Positions 51,590-64,000 of a DNA stretch of 64,000 nucleotides are shown one piece after another. Source of the stretch: Monocercomonoides exilis PA203 (lineage: Eukaryota; Protista; Preaxostyla); the NCBI GenBank assembly GCA_001643675.2, contig LSRY02000035.1, forward strand, positions 248,001-312,000, read 5' to 3'. Numbering within the stretch: position 1 is the first letter of the stretch; each line of letters begins with the position of its first letter. Made by a program: the position numbers and the translations under genes. The notes under the pieces are model-generated. The model was not told the origin of the DNA and searched no databases. It worked only from the letters and a program-made list of their open reading frames with translations.

Positions 51590-53906
51590 TCATGAAAGGC
51601 AATCTATTCTTTCAGTCTTCTTCTTCTTCTTCTTCTCTATCATAATCATCCTCATCTTCCTCCTATTTCTCCTCTTCTCTTCTCTTTTCTTCTCTTTCCT
51701 CACATTCTTCCTCTTCCCACTAGCCCCTCTTCCTCTGCCTGTTCCTCTTCCTCTTCCTCCACTGCTGCTGCTGTTATTGTTCCTCACTTCTTCGATCTCT
51801 GCCGCCTTCTGCAGCAGCAAATACGAGTCGTCCATCGCATGCTTCATCTCAGCCTCCTCAAAAAGCGTCAGCAGCAGATGCGTCACGCGGAAGAGGAGCG
51901 TCGGCGAGAGAGAAGAAGAGCAGACAGGAGAGGCTAACAGGATGTTGGAGGAGGAGGAGGAGGAGGTGGTGGTGGTGGTGGTGGACGCAGAAGGAGCAAA
52001 GGACGAACATATTGGTGATTATGCTGATGATGAGGCAAACAATGATGCATTCGGATCAAATAAAACCCAGCTCTGTTTAATCGATTCAACAAACATCGCT
52101 TCATCCTCGTTCAATTTTACTTTCTCAAATTTATCTTTCTTTTTTCCTTTCTCTTTCAAATGTTCATCTTTTTTATCTTCCTTTTTGCTCCTCTCTTTCT
52201 CATCCTCTTCATCGCTCGACACTTCAATCAATTCGTTTCTTCTTCCTTTGTTTTCTTCTTCTTCAACTTTCGTTTTGTTTTCGCCCTTTTCTTCAATCTT
52301 TGTTTTCTCCTTTGCTTTCTCCTCTGTTCCCTTCTTCCCCTTTCGTTCCCTTTTACCTTCGTGTTCTTCCTCTGCCTCCATCTTTCTTGTCTTCATCGTC
52401 TCTCTCTTCATCCACTCCTCTCCGTTCAGCTCTCTCTCATTTGCTTTCCTCTCATCCTGCAGCACTTTCTCCAGACAACCCACCACTCTTCCTCTTCCCA
52501 GCACAACAGAGTCCACAATGTGGCGTATCTCCCTTTTCCCTTTCAGTTTCATCTTCCCCTTCGATCCCGTCTCAGCGGCTGTTCCATCTTCTTCTTCTCT
52601 TTCTCCATTTTCTGTTTTTCTGTCGAGCCCCACTCCTTTCCTCACACCAGAATTATCTCCTCCTCCTCCTATGCTTCTTCCGCCTCCGCCTCCTCCTCCT
52701 CCTCCTCCATAGGCATCTCTAGCTTCTCTTCCCCCCAACCCCAAAGAAAACGCCGGAAAAGACGAGTTTTGGAGTGTTGTGCGTGCTGCCCGGCGAGCAA
52801 AGGGGACCAGCCCGCGGGCAGCAGCTGATCGCCCGCCCTGATACGACTTGGCTGACGACAGGCCAGAAAAGGAGGAGATGAGCGAAGACAGCGGAGACAG
52901 CGGCAGAGGTGGGAAGCAGCTTCCTTTGGAGAGAACAGCACACACTTGGGGCAGTGTTGGACATAGGCGAGAGAGCGGATGCAATGACGTTGATGATGAT
53001 GATGAAGTTGAGGATGAGGAAGAAGAAAAAGAAGTGGAAGAAGATGACGTCAAAGCAACTGTGGAAAGAAGTTTTGAAGCAACCTCTGGTGAAAGAAGAC
53101 CAATCAGAGCAACAAGAACATCGAAATGAGAAGATGAAAAAGACATTTTTGTCGTTCTTGTATTCGAGATTGGAAGAAGAGAAATCTGCTTGGCTGAATC
53201 AAAAGGATCCAATGAACGCTTAAAGAATAGAGTGAGGTCTTTGCTGAGCAATGAATTCTCATCGAAATGCTGGCTGAATGAGGCGAGAGTGTTGAACAGT
53301 CTCGTCGAAGAGCCGCTTTCTGTCTGCTGCTCAAATGTTATCTTGCCCAAAAATGGAACTGAACTCTGGAAGAAAAAGGATAGGAGGTTCAATGACAAAC
53401 GCCGCACTGCTGGACGAATGTGGGAAAGGCCAGTCAGAAGTGCTGTGCGAAGAAGAGGGAGATGAGGCGATAATAAGCTTCGCTGAGATGTTTTCACTGG
53501 TGAGAATCTGTCTTGTTCCATAGAGACTCTTGACTGCACAATCGATGTTTGTGTGATTGTTTGAATCAATTTGCTAAATGCATCCCTGACTGTTGGTTCT
53601 TCGTCAAACAATTTTGGCATCGATTCTTCGATAATTCGCGAAATAGAACTGGTCAAAAAGAACGGATCATCGCCATATGTTTTGACCAGCTCTATAAGAC
53701 CATTTAGTGCATCTTCCCTCATGTGAAAGTTGTAAATGAGTCAATCTCGAAAGAAGATCCTCTTTATTCAGATTTTTTGATGTAACAATTTCTTCCTTTT
53801 CGCTTAATGCTTTCTGTTGTTTGAAATGCAACGTTTTTGCACTGATAGTCCCTGATAAGGTATTTGATTCTTTCGGTTTCGGAGTTAATTGAACTTGTTT
53901 TCCTAT
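51590..53906 (-). pseudogene. IPI1: IPI1/TEX10 (Rix1 complex)-like sequence with frameshift and premature stop
   Basis: GKQ..TISAKTLHFKQQ..EDLLSRLTH/YNFHMREDALNGLIEL..LSHIRPAVRRLSL matches the Ipi1 N-terminus; extra base at 53734-53736; TAA at 52019-52021 with the frame continuing to 51590. Confidence 0.65.
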
Positions 53907-54134
53907 TTGAATTATTGTTAATGAATAATCAATTGAATTGCTGGAAAATGTCTTATTATTCAGCATCATTGAGTCTTTTTTAGAAAGCAATGTCTGAAGT
54001 ATTGTTTGTTAGAAGATATCCATTAGAGAATAATAAGTTGCCTTTTCTGAATCTCAGTTATATTCTCGTGCAAATCGAATAATAATGAGTTTAAACTATC
54101 TTTCAATGGCATATCTTAATTATAATACAAAATT

Positions 54135-54907
54135 ATGAAAAAAATGATGTAAATTGAAAATTCGCGTCTTGGAGTTCAAAGCCTTTGGTAGCAACTCTGG
54201 CGTTTGTGTTCAAAGACGATTGCTCACAAGTGTTGCTTGGGTTGAAAAAGGGAGGCTTTGGAAAAGGATTTTGGAATGGATTTGGAGGTTTGAGAACCAA
54301 AAATCTTTGTTTCGAATTTTTTGAATGCGAAGGTCTGTGCAATAATTTTGCTCAAGGCAAATTGCAAGCAGGTGAAACTATTGTTCAAGCAGCAGTTCGC
54401 GAACTTGCTGAAGAGTCGGGCATCAAAAAGAAAGAAACAGACCTCCAAAAGCGAGGGATAATAATGTTTGAGTTCAAAAGTGCATTAAAGCCCTCTTGGT
54501 TTTTTGAAGTGCATATTTACTCAACAACAGACAACGATGAAGAAATCGTGGAAAGCGAAGAGATGAAGCCTGAGTGGTTTTCGGTTTCCAAAATACCATT
54601 TGAATCCATGTGGGAAGATGATCGCTTTTGGCTTCCCTGCGTTCTCAGAGGTGGGTGCATCATGGGGTTCTATCCTTACGATGACATAACCAAAGACATG
54701 TTAAGTGGCATCACAGAGATCGTTTTGCCAAATGATCCAAGATTGTGTGCGCTGGATTTGGATGTTGCCAGCCAATCATCAACAGCATCTCCTTCAAATT
54801 CTAAGAAAGATCCAAAATATAGAGAAAATACGTTCGTTGTACCGGACAGATTTCCCATGGATTTTCGTCAATGGATTGCAATTGGTGGATTTTTCCAACA
54901 TTTGTAA
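54135..54907 (+). CDS. NUDT1: Nudix hydrolase, 8-oxo-dGTPase MTH1-like
   Basis: TLAFV..VLLGLKKGGFGKGFWNGFGG/KLQAGETIVQAAVRELAEESG (Nudix box once intron 54288-54356 is removed), ESEEMKPEWF, IPFESMWEDDRFWLP. Start codon uncertain. Confidence 0.9.
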
Positions 54908-55152
54908 AAAGAGAATTTTGTTTCTTAAACATTATGTCATTTATAATTCTCTGTTTCGAAAATTCTGTTGTATATTTTTTTTTATATTTTTGTTTTGACC
55001 ATCGGGAAGCTTTGTTATTTGTTTATAATGAAGAAACAAAAAGAAAGATAATCTCTGATCATATACACCATAATAATATTGAATAAATCATTTGATAATT
55101 AATTTCTGGATTTCGGGTTAAATTGAAAACGATTCATGATAATTTCTCAGTA

Positions 55153-58100
55153 ATGAATATAAATTTTGATGAGGATTTTTATGACAAGATTAAAGTGTGT
55201 TTAGGCTTGTATTTTATTTGCTTTTTGAGAATATTATTATTTCTATTTTAAGTCTCTAAAAGATTCAGATGAGGCTATCAAAATGTTACATATGATGAGG
55301 TTTAAAACGTTTCATTCAAAGTTATTGCTTTATGATGTCTCGTATTTTTTTTTAAATTTGAGTGATGCAATAATAGAACAACTTAAAGAAGGGAATGCTG
55401 CTGCAGAGGATTTATTTGAAAAACTAGAATATCTGGCAGGCGAATGGTCAGAAGATAAGCGCATTTGCTTGGAGATGTCATCTTTGCTTTTTGAAGTTGC
55501 TTGCGAGGCAAATGAAGTGGAATGTCTTGTGAAAGTGTTAAAGTGTTATGACCTGATACTTGGAAGACAAACAGTGGAAGTTTTTGTTAAAGCAGAAGAG
55601 ACCATTGAATTAGCATGTTTGTTAGTTATTTGTTTTGACATTAAACGATGAGTTTCTTTTTTCTGAATTTTTTTCTTTTTTCATTTGCCAAAGTAAATAC
55701 AATCCAAAAAGGAAATGATCAAGGAGTTTTTGAATTTCTAAGTTATGCGTTATCTATAAGCTTAAGGATATGTAGGTTTGTAAATTATTCGTGATTTTTT
55801 TAATTCGTTTATGTTTTTTTTCGGTATCACTTTGCGATTATTCTTTTTGAAGACTATCAGGCAATGATGAGATTATTAAAAGGGCAATAAATATTATTTA
55901 TCAACTGATTGATGGAAATGATCGGTTTTTGTGTAGAAAAGGGAACGACATTGTTGAAGGAATGGCTATGCTCATTGAGGAAAATGGTCTTTCAGAGCAG
56001 TATGCTCTGCCTCTGTCATCTGTGATGGAAGTGATGCTGAGCGAGAAATCTGGTGTGTGCAGAGAGATGATTATAGGGAGCGAATTGGGAGGATTGCTTT
56101 TGAAAGAAATTGAAAAGGATGGCTCGTCAAAAGAGAGTGGCAGGATTCGTCTGAAGCAGGTGTTGTTGTCTCTGGTTGATGGAATTGCAGAGTTACAAGG
56201 CAAAAACGAGATGGCCATTGTGAAGAAAAGAGAACAGGAAGAGAAACTATTTGAGATGCGAAATGAAGATTTCGGGGCTGCAGAACATTTTGAAAAAGAT
56301 GTGAAGGATAAAAGAACAATTGGCAAATCACAAACGCCTCCACCGTCAAATAAAGTTGTCTCAAAGCCAAAAAGGAACAAAGGCAAGCTATCGAAGCCAA
56401 AGAACAAGAAAGGTCCTTCTCCTCCTGTCACCCCTCCAATGACTCCGCCAGCATCACCTCCACTGGCATCTCCATTCACTCCGCCAATGACTCCTCCAAC
56501 TTCTTCTTCTTGCTCAAAAAGGCATTCACCTCCTCTATCACCTCCGCAGAAAGCGAAAAAGACTGTTCCGAATGAAAAATTTGAATGGGCAGAAGAAATC
56601 TCAAATGCAGACGATATGAAAGCTGATGTTGCAGCAGAAATCAAAGAAGAAACTGAACCAGAAGAAGCAGATGACCCAGCGAATGAAGGGCGCATGGTGA
56701 CAATTCTTCACATTAAGCTGCTTTTGAAGTGTGTTGAATGTTCAGACAAAGAATTGGAAGGGAGGGCACTGCAGACGCTTCACAGAATTCTGTGTGGCAG
56801 TGCTGTTGTCGGGCTGTTTGATGAAGAAAAGAGAAATGATGATGTTGAGTGTGGGATGGAGGAAGACAAAAGGGCGGACGAAGAAGGAAAAGGAAAGAAA
56901 TGTGCGTTTAGCAAATATCGAAAGAAGACGATTGAAGAGCTTCAAAAGGAGAAAAAGCGGCTTTTGCAGATTTTTGTGGAGGCAAATGGATTTTCTGCTG
57001 TCAGAGCATTCATAGAAAAAGACACAGAAATCAAAGAGTCAGAAAATATGAAAGAAAAAAACGAGAAAACTGAAATGGAGTATTCAGAGATGAAAGATGC
57101 TTACTCAACGAAAGAAAAGTTGGATGAAAGGAAAATCACAAATGAAAAAGATACTCAACCCTCATTTTCATCATCTTCGCTATCATCGTCATTTTCGTCA
57201 TCATCTTCAGTATTCTCTCTTTTTCCTTCATCACCTTCGTCATCATCAGCAGCAGCAGCTTCATCTTCCCATTCTCTCTTCTCCCTTTCGTCTTCTTCAA
57301 TTGATTCACAACCATTGCCTTCATCGTCTCAAGTTCAATCAACGGTCTCTCCACCCGTTTCGCCTTCTTTGCCATTTCCTCCTTTGCTTCCATCAGAATT
57401 CAAGTCAAGCTGTTCCTTTTCAGAGACATCGCTCTCTTCGTTGAGTGCATCAATGTCTTTTGGATTGTGCGCAGACAGTTTTCTGCTGTCGCCGCTGGAG
57501 ATGTGCAATGAGATTCTATTTTCAGCACTGGAATGGATCAAACAGAAAGATGAGGGCAGTTATGTGTTGGAGCAGTTTAACAAGATGCTGAAAAGAAACG
57601 AAAACAGAAGTTTTGAGGAACGAATGGTTGGAGTTGTTGAAAAAGCAGTACTGGCACAAGGTTTGTAAATCTCTCTTCAAATGTCTTTTAAAAGCTATGT
57701 ATTTTTAATTTGTTCAATCTTTTTTTTTTCTGATTCGTTTCAACTACAATTAATCTTGCTGTGTTTCTGTGCCAATGCTCTGAACTTTTACTAGAAACCG
57801 CTCAACAAAATGAGGATGAGCCGGTCTGGATTGGAGGATTTATTGAAGCATTGAAAGAAATGAATGTGAAAGAAGATGCCTGTGTGATGACAAATTGCTT
57901 GTTATTGGTGAAGAATCTTGTTCAACTTCTTAAAAAACGAAATGCTGATGAATGTGGAGCGAAACAGCACTTGTTACAGTCTGATTCTTCTTCCTCTGCT
58001 TCTGCTGCTGCTGATAATCTTATTCTTCAGAACAGTCAGCAAACAAGCGTTAAAATCAACGAGCGGTCAAACATTCCTGTAATCATTCTTTTGGAGACCC

Positions 58101-60910
58101 CTTCAAATGCATCTTCTTCATCTCAATTGCAAATGTCATCCGCTTCTTCAACTTATCATCCGCTGTCTGGTGAAAAGCGCCTTTCATGTTTTATGAAGCT
58201 TTTGAATGAATATGGATTTTTGAATCTTTGCAAGAATTGCTGTGATGACATCCTTTCTGGAAAGCCAATCGTTAGACCTGCAAAAGACAATCAAAAGGAT
58301 CAAAGTTGTTTGCCTTCAAGTGATATGGATGGGGCAGACATAATGCCAAACTCACTGGAGAATGAATCAAGCAACATGGTAGGTGTTTCTGAAATGAAAT
58401 TAATCATTGAAGTTGCTGATGTTTTGAAGGAATTGTTGCAGTTTGATGGCAAGCAAATGGCAAATATGGAACAAGTTGGCTTGACAAAGGCAATATTTGA
58501 TTTGTTCGACGAACTGAAGAATGAATTGAAGGGCAATCAAGAAGATGCAAAAGATGAGGAAAGGGATGAAAAAGTGAACTGTTCAGAAAAAGAAGAACAG
58601 AAAGTTAAAAGTGAAAGAAATGAAAATCTGAAATGCACGAAGAAGAGCATTCAACGAAAGGCATTTTCAGTGATGTTATCTCTGATTGGGGAAATGATGA
58701 AAATAGATGCAAAGCAGGTCAGTCATTTCAGTGTGGAGAATGAAGTGAAAGCGATCTCAAGTGAATTGGCAAAGGAGAACATTAATGATGATGTTATGCT
58801 TTGCTCATTTGGTGTGATTAATGCAATGCTGAAGAGCAGCAATCGTTCTGAAGTGGGGAAAGAAGTGGTGCAGAAGAGAGGATTGCACATGTTCATTGAA
58901 TGGGTTGGCGTGAAAAAGGAGAATGAGATAAGCAGTTTGGAAGGCAGGCTATTTGACGAGATCATGAAAGGGACAATAGCCTTGCTAAAGAAAGAGAAGA
59001 GTAACAATGCGAACAAGAAAGTGCGGAGGTTGTTTCTTCTGCGCTCTGTGAAGGGAATAACAACGAAGACTTGCTGTGTATTGATCGATATCGCGAAGAA
59101 TATGAGCGAGGAGATTGGGGCTGGAAATGTGGCAGAACAGAGAAAAGTTGTTGGACTGGTGATTGCTGTGGCAAGAGCAGTGCCGAGCGAGAAAGCGAAG
59201 TGCGACAGTGTTGTGATTGACATTTTGGATTGGCTGCAGAAGGCGCATGTAGATGGGTTCAATATCATTTTCAAGCAATTCCTGAATTCGATTCCTGGAC
59301 TCAGAGAGATTGTAGTGGCTGAACCTTATTTGGGGAAGATAATGACTTGGCTGAAGGGAGGGATTACAGAGAATATTTCAGCATGTTACGAAAATATCAA
59401 TGCGATTTCTGCGATGATCAATGTTGCAGCTGATGATAGGGACTTGATTGATTATTTAGTGGTGCCTTCTTTTTTGAGCAAATTGAAGCTTTTCTCGTTT
59501 TCTGCCATCTCCAAAATGGCGTTACTCTCGAGTGCAAGAAAAAAAGTGCTAATTGATTCAGTTTGCCACATCCTCAGAGAAATCTTATATGATGGATTGT
59601 TTTATCGCTACCGAACTATTAAAAACGATAACGTTGAAATGCTATTTGATATTGGTTTCTTTGAAGAAGATATAAAAAGTCACGATTGTGTATGTGCAGA
59701 AATGTTGTGCACTGACTGCAACGTTTTGTGTGAAAGAAGCGAGTCTGTGATATATTCATGGATAAGCAACTGCATAAGTGCCAATGAAAAAGGTGATATG
59801 GAGCTGTTTGTGCTGAATGTTGCTGCATTTGCTTGTATGATGGACAAAGGTATGGATTTGATTGATTTTTTTTTTTTTGAAAAAGAAAAGAAAATGTTTT
59901 GTGATTTATGATTTTTGACGAGTACGTAATATAATTATTTTCTATTTGTTTTCTTGATGGTGAAAAAATGAAATATTTTACCAAAGTGCAATCAGCATGT
60001 AAATTTCTGTTTAATATTTTTTTTTGATTGTTATATTTCATTTTGTTTATTAATTTATTATTTGTTATCCAATATGTTTCCACAATTTAAAATTTGAAAT
60101 CCTTGATTTCGTGTAGTATTAATTGATGAAAAAAAAGAGCATAGAAATTATCAGAAGATTGATCATTGTTTCTCTCATGTTCATTCATTTGGCTTTGCGA
60201 CAGAGCCATTGTTTTCCTTTCTCCAAAGTTTCGATCCAGCCACTCAGCCGCACACAGTTACGAGGTCTTATTTCTTTCTGCTCCAAGGCCTGCTAAAATT
60301 CGTAGAGAGGAACAAAGAGCTCTGCGCATTCATGTCGCAGCACCTGGTGAAACTGTATCCTCTGAGAATGAAACTGAATAATGAATTGTGCAACATGTAT
60401 TCGATGTTGTGCTTCCAGTTCTTGATGAGCAGAGGATTTAATACAGCAACAGAAGCAACTGTTGCACTTCTGAATGAGGGAATGCTGCTTCCAACTGTAA
60501 TTAGAAACTATTCTTGGTATTCTTGTGCTTCCCACTTGTTATTCTCCAACATTCTCCCTTGTTGTGAGAGACACCTTGTTAGAGATGAATATTTAGTACC
60601 TCCTCATTTTATTGAGTTGGTTGTAAATGTGATGATGGATTCTGCTTCCAATGTTTTAGCTTATAATGCTTATGTTGAACTCGCGGGTGCAATGGGAAAG
60701 TTAGAGTATCATTTAACTATTCTCAAGAATGGAGAAGAAGTTGGTTTAAATGATGCACTTGTAGCCTTCAAAGGATGTGAATTTTTACTTGGAAATTTGG
60801 TTGACCGTCATAATTCTCTGATCTTCCATTCAGAATTATACACCAAACATTTCGTTGAATTTCCTCGTATTCGGCTTTATATTGAAAAAAAACAATGGTT
60901 TTATATTTGA
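55153..60910 (+). CDS. Large uncharacterised helical/ARM-like protein, paralogue of 28541-34420, about 7 exons
   Basis: Short 5' exons from ATG 55153, then about 55853-57660, 57795-59849 and 60117-60910, all joined in frame by GT-AG. Confidence 0.8.
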
Positions 60911-61372
60911 AATAGCAGGAATCATCGAATCTTTATGTTGAATGTAAATTTTATTTGCTGGAGAAATTAAGGAGTGATTTTTTTCTTTTTTATTCCTTTT
61001 TTTTTATCTTGAAAATTAAGTGTAATTTGTAAAGACAGCTTTTAGATATAATTGCATTATATTTAAGCAAAAAAACTTTATAATTTCAATTGCATGTGAT
61101 TCATTGGCTTATTTTCGTTCGTTAGAAGCACATACTCCCAAAAAAAAGAAAGAAAGAAAGAAAGAAAAGAAAAAGAAAAAGAAAGAAATTTCATAGGTTT
61201 ATTCTTTTCACTAATACAAATTGTTTCATCTTTCCTTGTTGTAAATGTATGCTTTTTTCTTTAATATGCGCACAACGAAGATTAATCACATTTTTAAGAA
61301 AATATCAAAAATTGATCATAATCCCAAAATAAAATATTATCAATAATTTTTTATTTTTCTTTTTTTCTTCAA

Positions 61373-62416
61373 ATGACTACAAATGAAGAAAAAGAAAATA
61401 TTTTTGTAATGTATAAAAACAAGCGCATAGTTGTTCCTTTTTATCCTCAATCAACTGTTAGGGCTCTTGCATCCCATGTGTCAAGCAGTTTTAGTATAGA
61501 AAAAGACAGGATTAGGTTTTATTTTATTTCAACAGACAGTCAGAAAAGTGTTCAACTAAAGGAAACTTCATTAACTCTGCAGCAGAGCAAAATTCGTTCT
61601 GGAATGACTCTACACATTAGAGACTTAGGGAGGCAGATAGATAAAAAAACATCATTATTAATTCAATTTGGAGGATCTATTCTCATCTATTTTTTAGTTT
61701 TCGCTAATCCTACGCTTATTTATAGATATTACAATCCAAAATATGTTTCAAAATCATATACAAGCTCTCAAATCATTACATTCATAATTTGGTGTATTCA
61801 CTTTTTGAAACGAATTTTGGAAGTTCTTTATCTTCACTCTTATTCAAGAGAGACAATGAATGTATCACATTTGTTAAAAGGATGCGCGTATTATTGGTCT
61901 TTTTCGCTTTTAATTTCTTATGTTATATGTAATAATGATTTTACTCCACCTCGCTTTATGTATCAAGTTATGGGAATTCTAATGTGGTTCCTTGGCGAAT
62001 ATTGCAATTTTGCGTATGTTCCTTGAAATTTTTTGTGCGGATTATTTTTTGTCAACTTATTCAAATATTCAGATGTCATTATCATTTGTCAACTCTTCGA
62101 GATAGTTTGTCTCAAGATATTCATCCAATACCAACTGAAGGATTTTTCCTGAAAGCAGTATGCCCTCATTACGCATTTGAAGCTCTCGCGTGGTATGGCT
62201 TCAATATGGTATGGAATTTTGATGAATCTTTGAAGCATCCTAATATATATTTTTGATTTTTTTTAGATGACATTTACTTTCATTGGTGTTGTTTTCAATA
62301 TTATCGGAGTTATGAGGATGCATCACCTTGCAAGAAAGCGTCACAACAGATATCTTGCTGAACATCCAAGCTATCCTTCTAACATTCCTCTGATGTTTTT
62401 TTCTATCTTAAACTGA
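61373..62416 (+). CDS. TECR: Very-long-chain trans-2-enoyl-CoA reductase (TECR/TSC13)
   Basis: Exons 61373-62013, 62073-62208, 62267-62416; ubiquitin-like N-terminus, RDLGRQI, HFLKRILE..HSYS..TM, KGCAYYW, VCPHYAFE. Confidence 0.92.
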
Positions 62417-62866
62417 ATTTATTCGTATTTCATGTAAAATTAAAAGTGAACAAATTCTCGTTTCTGTTGTTTTATTCATTTCTTTGTTTTATTTTATTTA
62501 CAATTTTTTATGAAATTTTTTCAACGAATTTTTTTTTTCGAGCGTAATTGTTAAAAAGAAGAAAATAGCAAAAAAGGGAATACGAAATAGAAAAACATAA
62601 CAAACAAAATCTATCATGAATCCTTGCATACAAGATATTATTGAAGAATATCACATTTTAAAAAAAGAAATGAAAAAATAAAAATTTAAGTAGAACCTGA
62701 AATTTTTGAAAATTAAAAACACAAAACAAACAAAACGATTGATCAACAGAAGAGCAAAAAGCCAATATTATCGTGAATAAATATGTTATTGTTTAAACTT
62801 TCTCTAAGTTTCAATCTATTCATATCAGAAAAATAAAAATAAAATATAATAAAATAAAAATCTTTA

Positions 62867-63791
62867 CTAAACATGTTTCAACACATATTCTACCAGCCCA
62901 TTCCCATTCTTAATTTCGCCTTTGTGCTGAGTGCAAAACGACAAAATGGCATTAAACAGTTCGCCCACAGTCACAAACGCTGGATTTGGAGAAGGGGCGC
63001 TTGAAAAGTCTGCAGATGTCTTTGCTGAAGAAGAAGGATGCATCAAGTCAGACCTCCGGCGGAACACTTTTTCTCCGTCAACAAACATCGAAAATGAATT
63101 ACGCTCATCTCCTGCATCTTTAACTGATTTTTCTTTTCCTTCTCCTTTTTCTTCTCCTCCTTTTTCTTCTCCATTTTCTCCTTCTGCTTTTTCTTCTTCT
63201 TTATCCTCTCCTCTTTCAAGCACAATCCTCGTAAGCAGACGGACAACTGTCTCGACAAAATTCTCTTCTCCCATCGCTGAGTACCTCATCTCCTCCACTC
63301 CACATTCAGACGCTGCAAGCCATTGGATCAGGAACTTCAGTATTTTGTCTCCGTTGAAGGCCCCACAGCCCCAATGGCCCGTGGCTACAAAGGGAGAAGG
63401 AGAGTCAGCTGCAAACGAAAATGCAGTGAAGGCCTTGGAAATGTGCGGTGGTTCAAAATGAATGGAAATATTAATATATTTACATATTTGTTGATAAAAA
63501 GGAAGAATTAATGCATGAAAGAAATTATCAGTTGAGAGAAGTTAAAAAGGAAGAAGAAAAGAGGGGATAAACAAAAATATTAAGGGGGAAAAAAAGCAAT
63601 TTTTTTTGGAACGTTCAGAAAAAATGATTTGAAAAAAAGGCAGCAAGCAAAAAAAGCACACTTTGTTAAGTTCCCTAACGATTGATTTGTTTGACCACTG
63701 GTTAATCTCAATATCATCGTCAATAAAATTATGAGGGAAATGCACAGCATCCATTGCAATCACACGATGAGGGAGGATTGAATCTTTGTCT
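62867..63791 (-). CDS. PARG: Poly(ADP-ribose) glycohydrolase, last two exons (gene continues beyond window end)
   Basis: Exon 63791-63662 (VIAMDA..RELNK) spliced to 63433-62867 (AFTAF..VATGHWGCGAFNGDKILKFLIQWLAAS), the PARG C-terminal signature. Confidence 0.88.
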
Positions 63792-64000
63792 CTATAAAAA
63801 GAGCATAGACGAGAAGAGGGAAAAAAAGGGAAGAAAAAGGTTTAGTTTGATGAGAAAGAGAAAAAAATTAAAAATAATTGAAATTGAAATTCAATAAATA
63901 TCAATACAAAAAGATGCTCTCCAATCAAAATTCAAAAAAGTTAAAGAAAAAACTAATAAATTAACAATATGAATCGATTTCATGGGGAAAAAAAACAATC

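Noticed and set aside
51576-52828. 378-aa and 222-aa plus-strand hydrophobic ORFs
   Set aside because: Antisense of the Glu/Lys-rich part of the IPI1-like sequence.
53730-53740. Programmed +1 frameshift in IPI1
   Set aside because: No slippery site or adjacent stop, and a second lesion downstream favours a pseudogene or assembly error.
54135-63791. NUDT1, TECR and PARG as a functional cluster
   Set aside because: Unrelated pathways, mixed orientation and an unrelated gene in between; eukaryotic neighbourhood alone is not evidence.
1-64000. CRISPR arrays, tRNA/rRNA, telomeric repeats, bacterial contamination
   Set aside because: No repeat-spacer pattern or RNA-gene hallmark seen by eye; the IS1595-like transposases are embedded among intron-containing genes.

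Overview
AT-rich eukaryotic genomic DNA with short spliceosomal introns (donors mostly GTTTG/GTATG) and the standard genetic code. The gene families resemble those of the oxymonad Monocercomonoides; this assignment is inference. The six-frame track is misleading here: most real genes are spliced, and many listed ORFs are antisense shadows of poly-Ser/poly-Glu repeats. Recognisable genes: a YAK1-type DYRK kinase (minus, runs off the left edge), NUDT1/MTH1, TECR/TSC13, the 3' end of a PARG (runs off the right edge) and a broken IPI1/TEX10 copy. Lineage-specific content: six copies of an uncharacterised ~430-450 aa helical family (LTQLAYQSAW / EKMEEEGYED motifs, shared introns), two paralogous ~1,500-1,700 aa helical proteins, a SPRY-like gene and a 7.9-kb intronless receptor-pseudokinase pseudogene. 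Mobile DNA: two Merlin (IS1595/ISXO2-like) transposons, a ~5-kb nest of at least eight inverted-repeat elements at 5.1-10 kb, a family of GGG..CCC foldback elements with 4-bp target duplications (one copy a perfect 437-bp-arm palindrome), and a decayed RLE-type retroelement-like ORF. No rRNA, tRNA or CRISPR seen. I cannot show that a new biological system is present; the best candidates are the foldback element family and the expanded helical-protein families sharing an EEEGxxD C-terminal signature.
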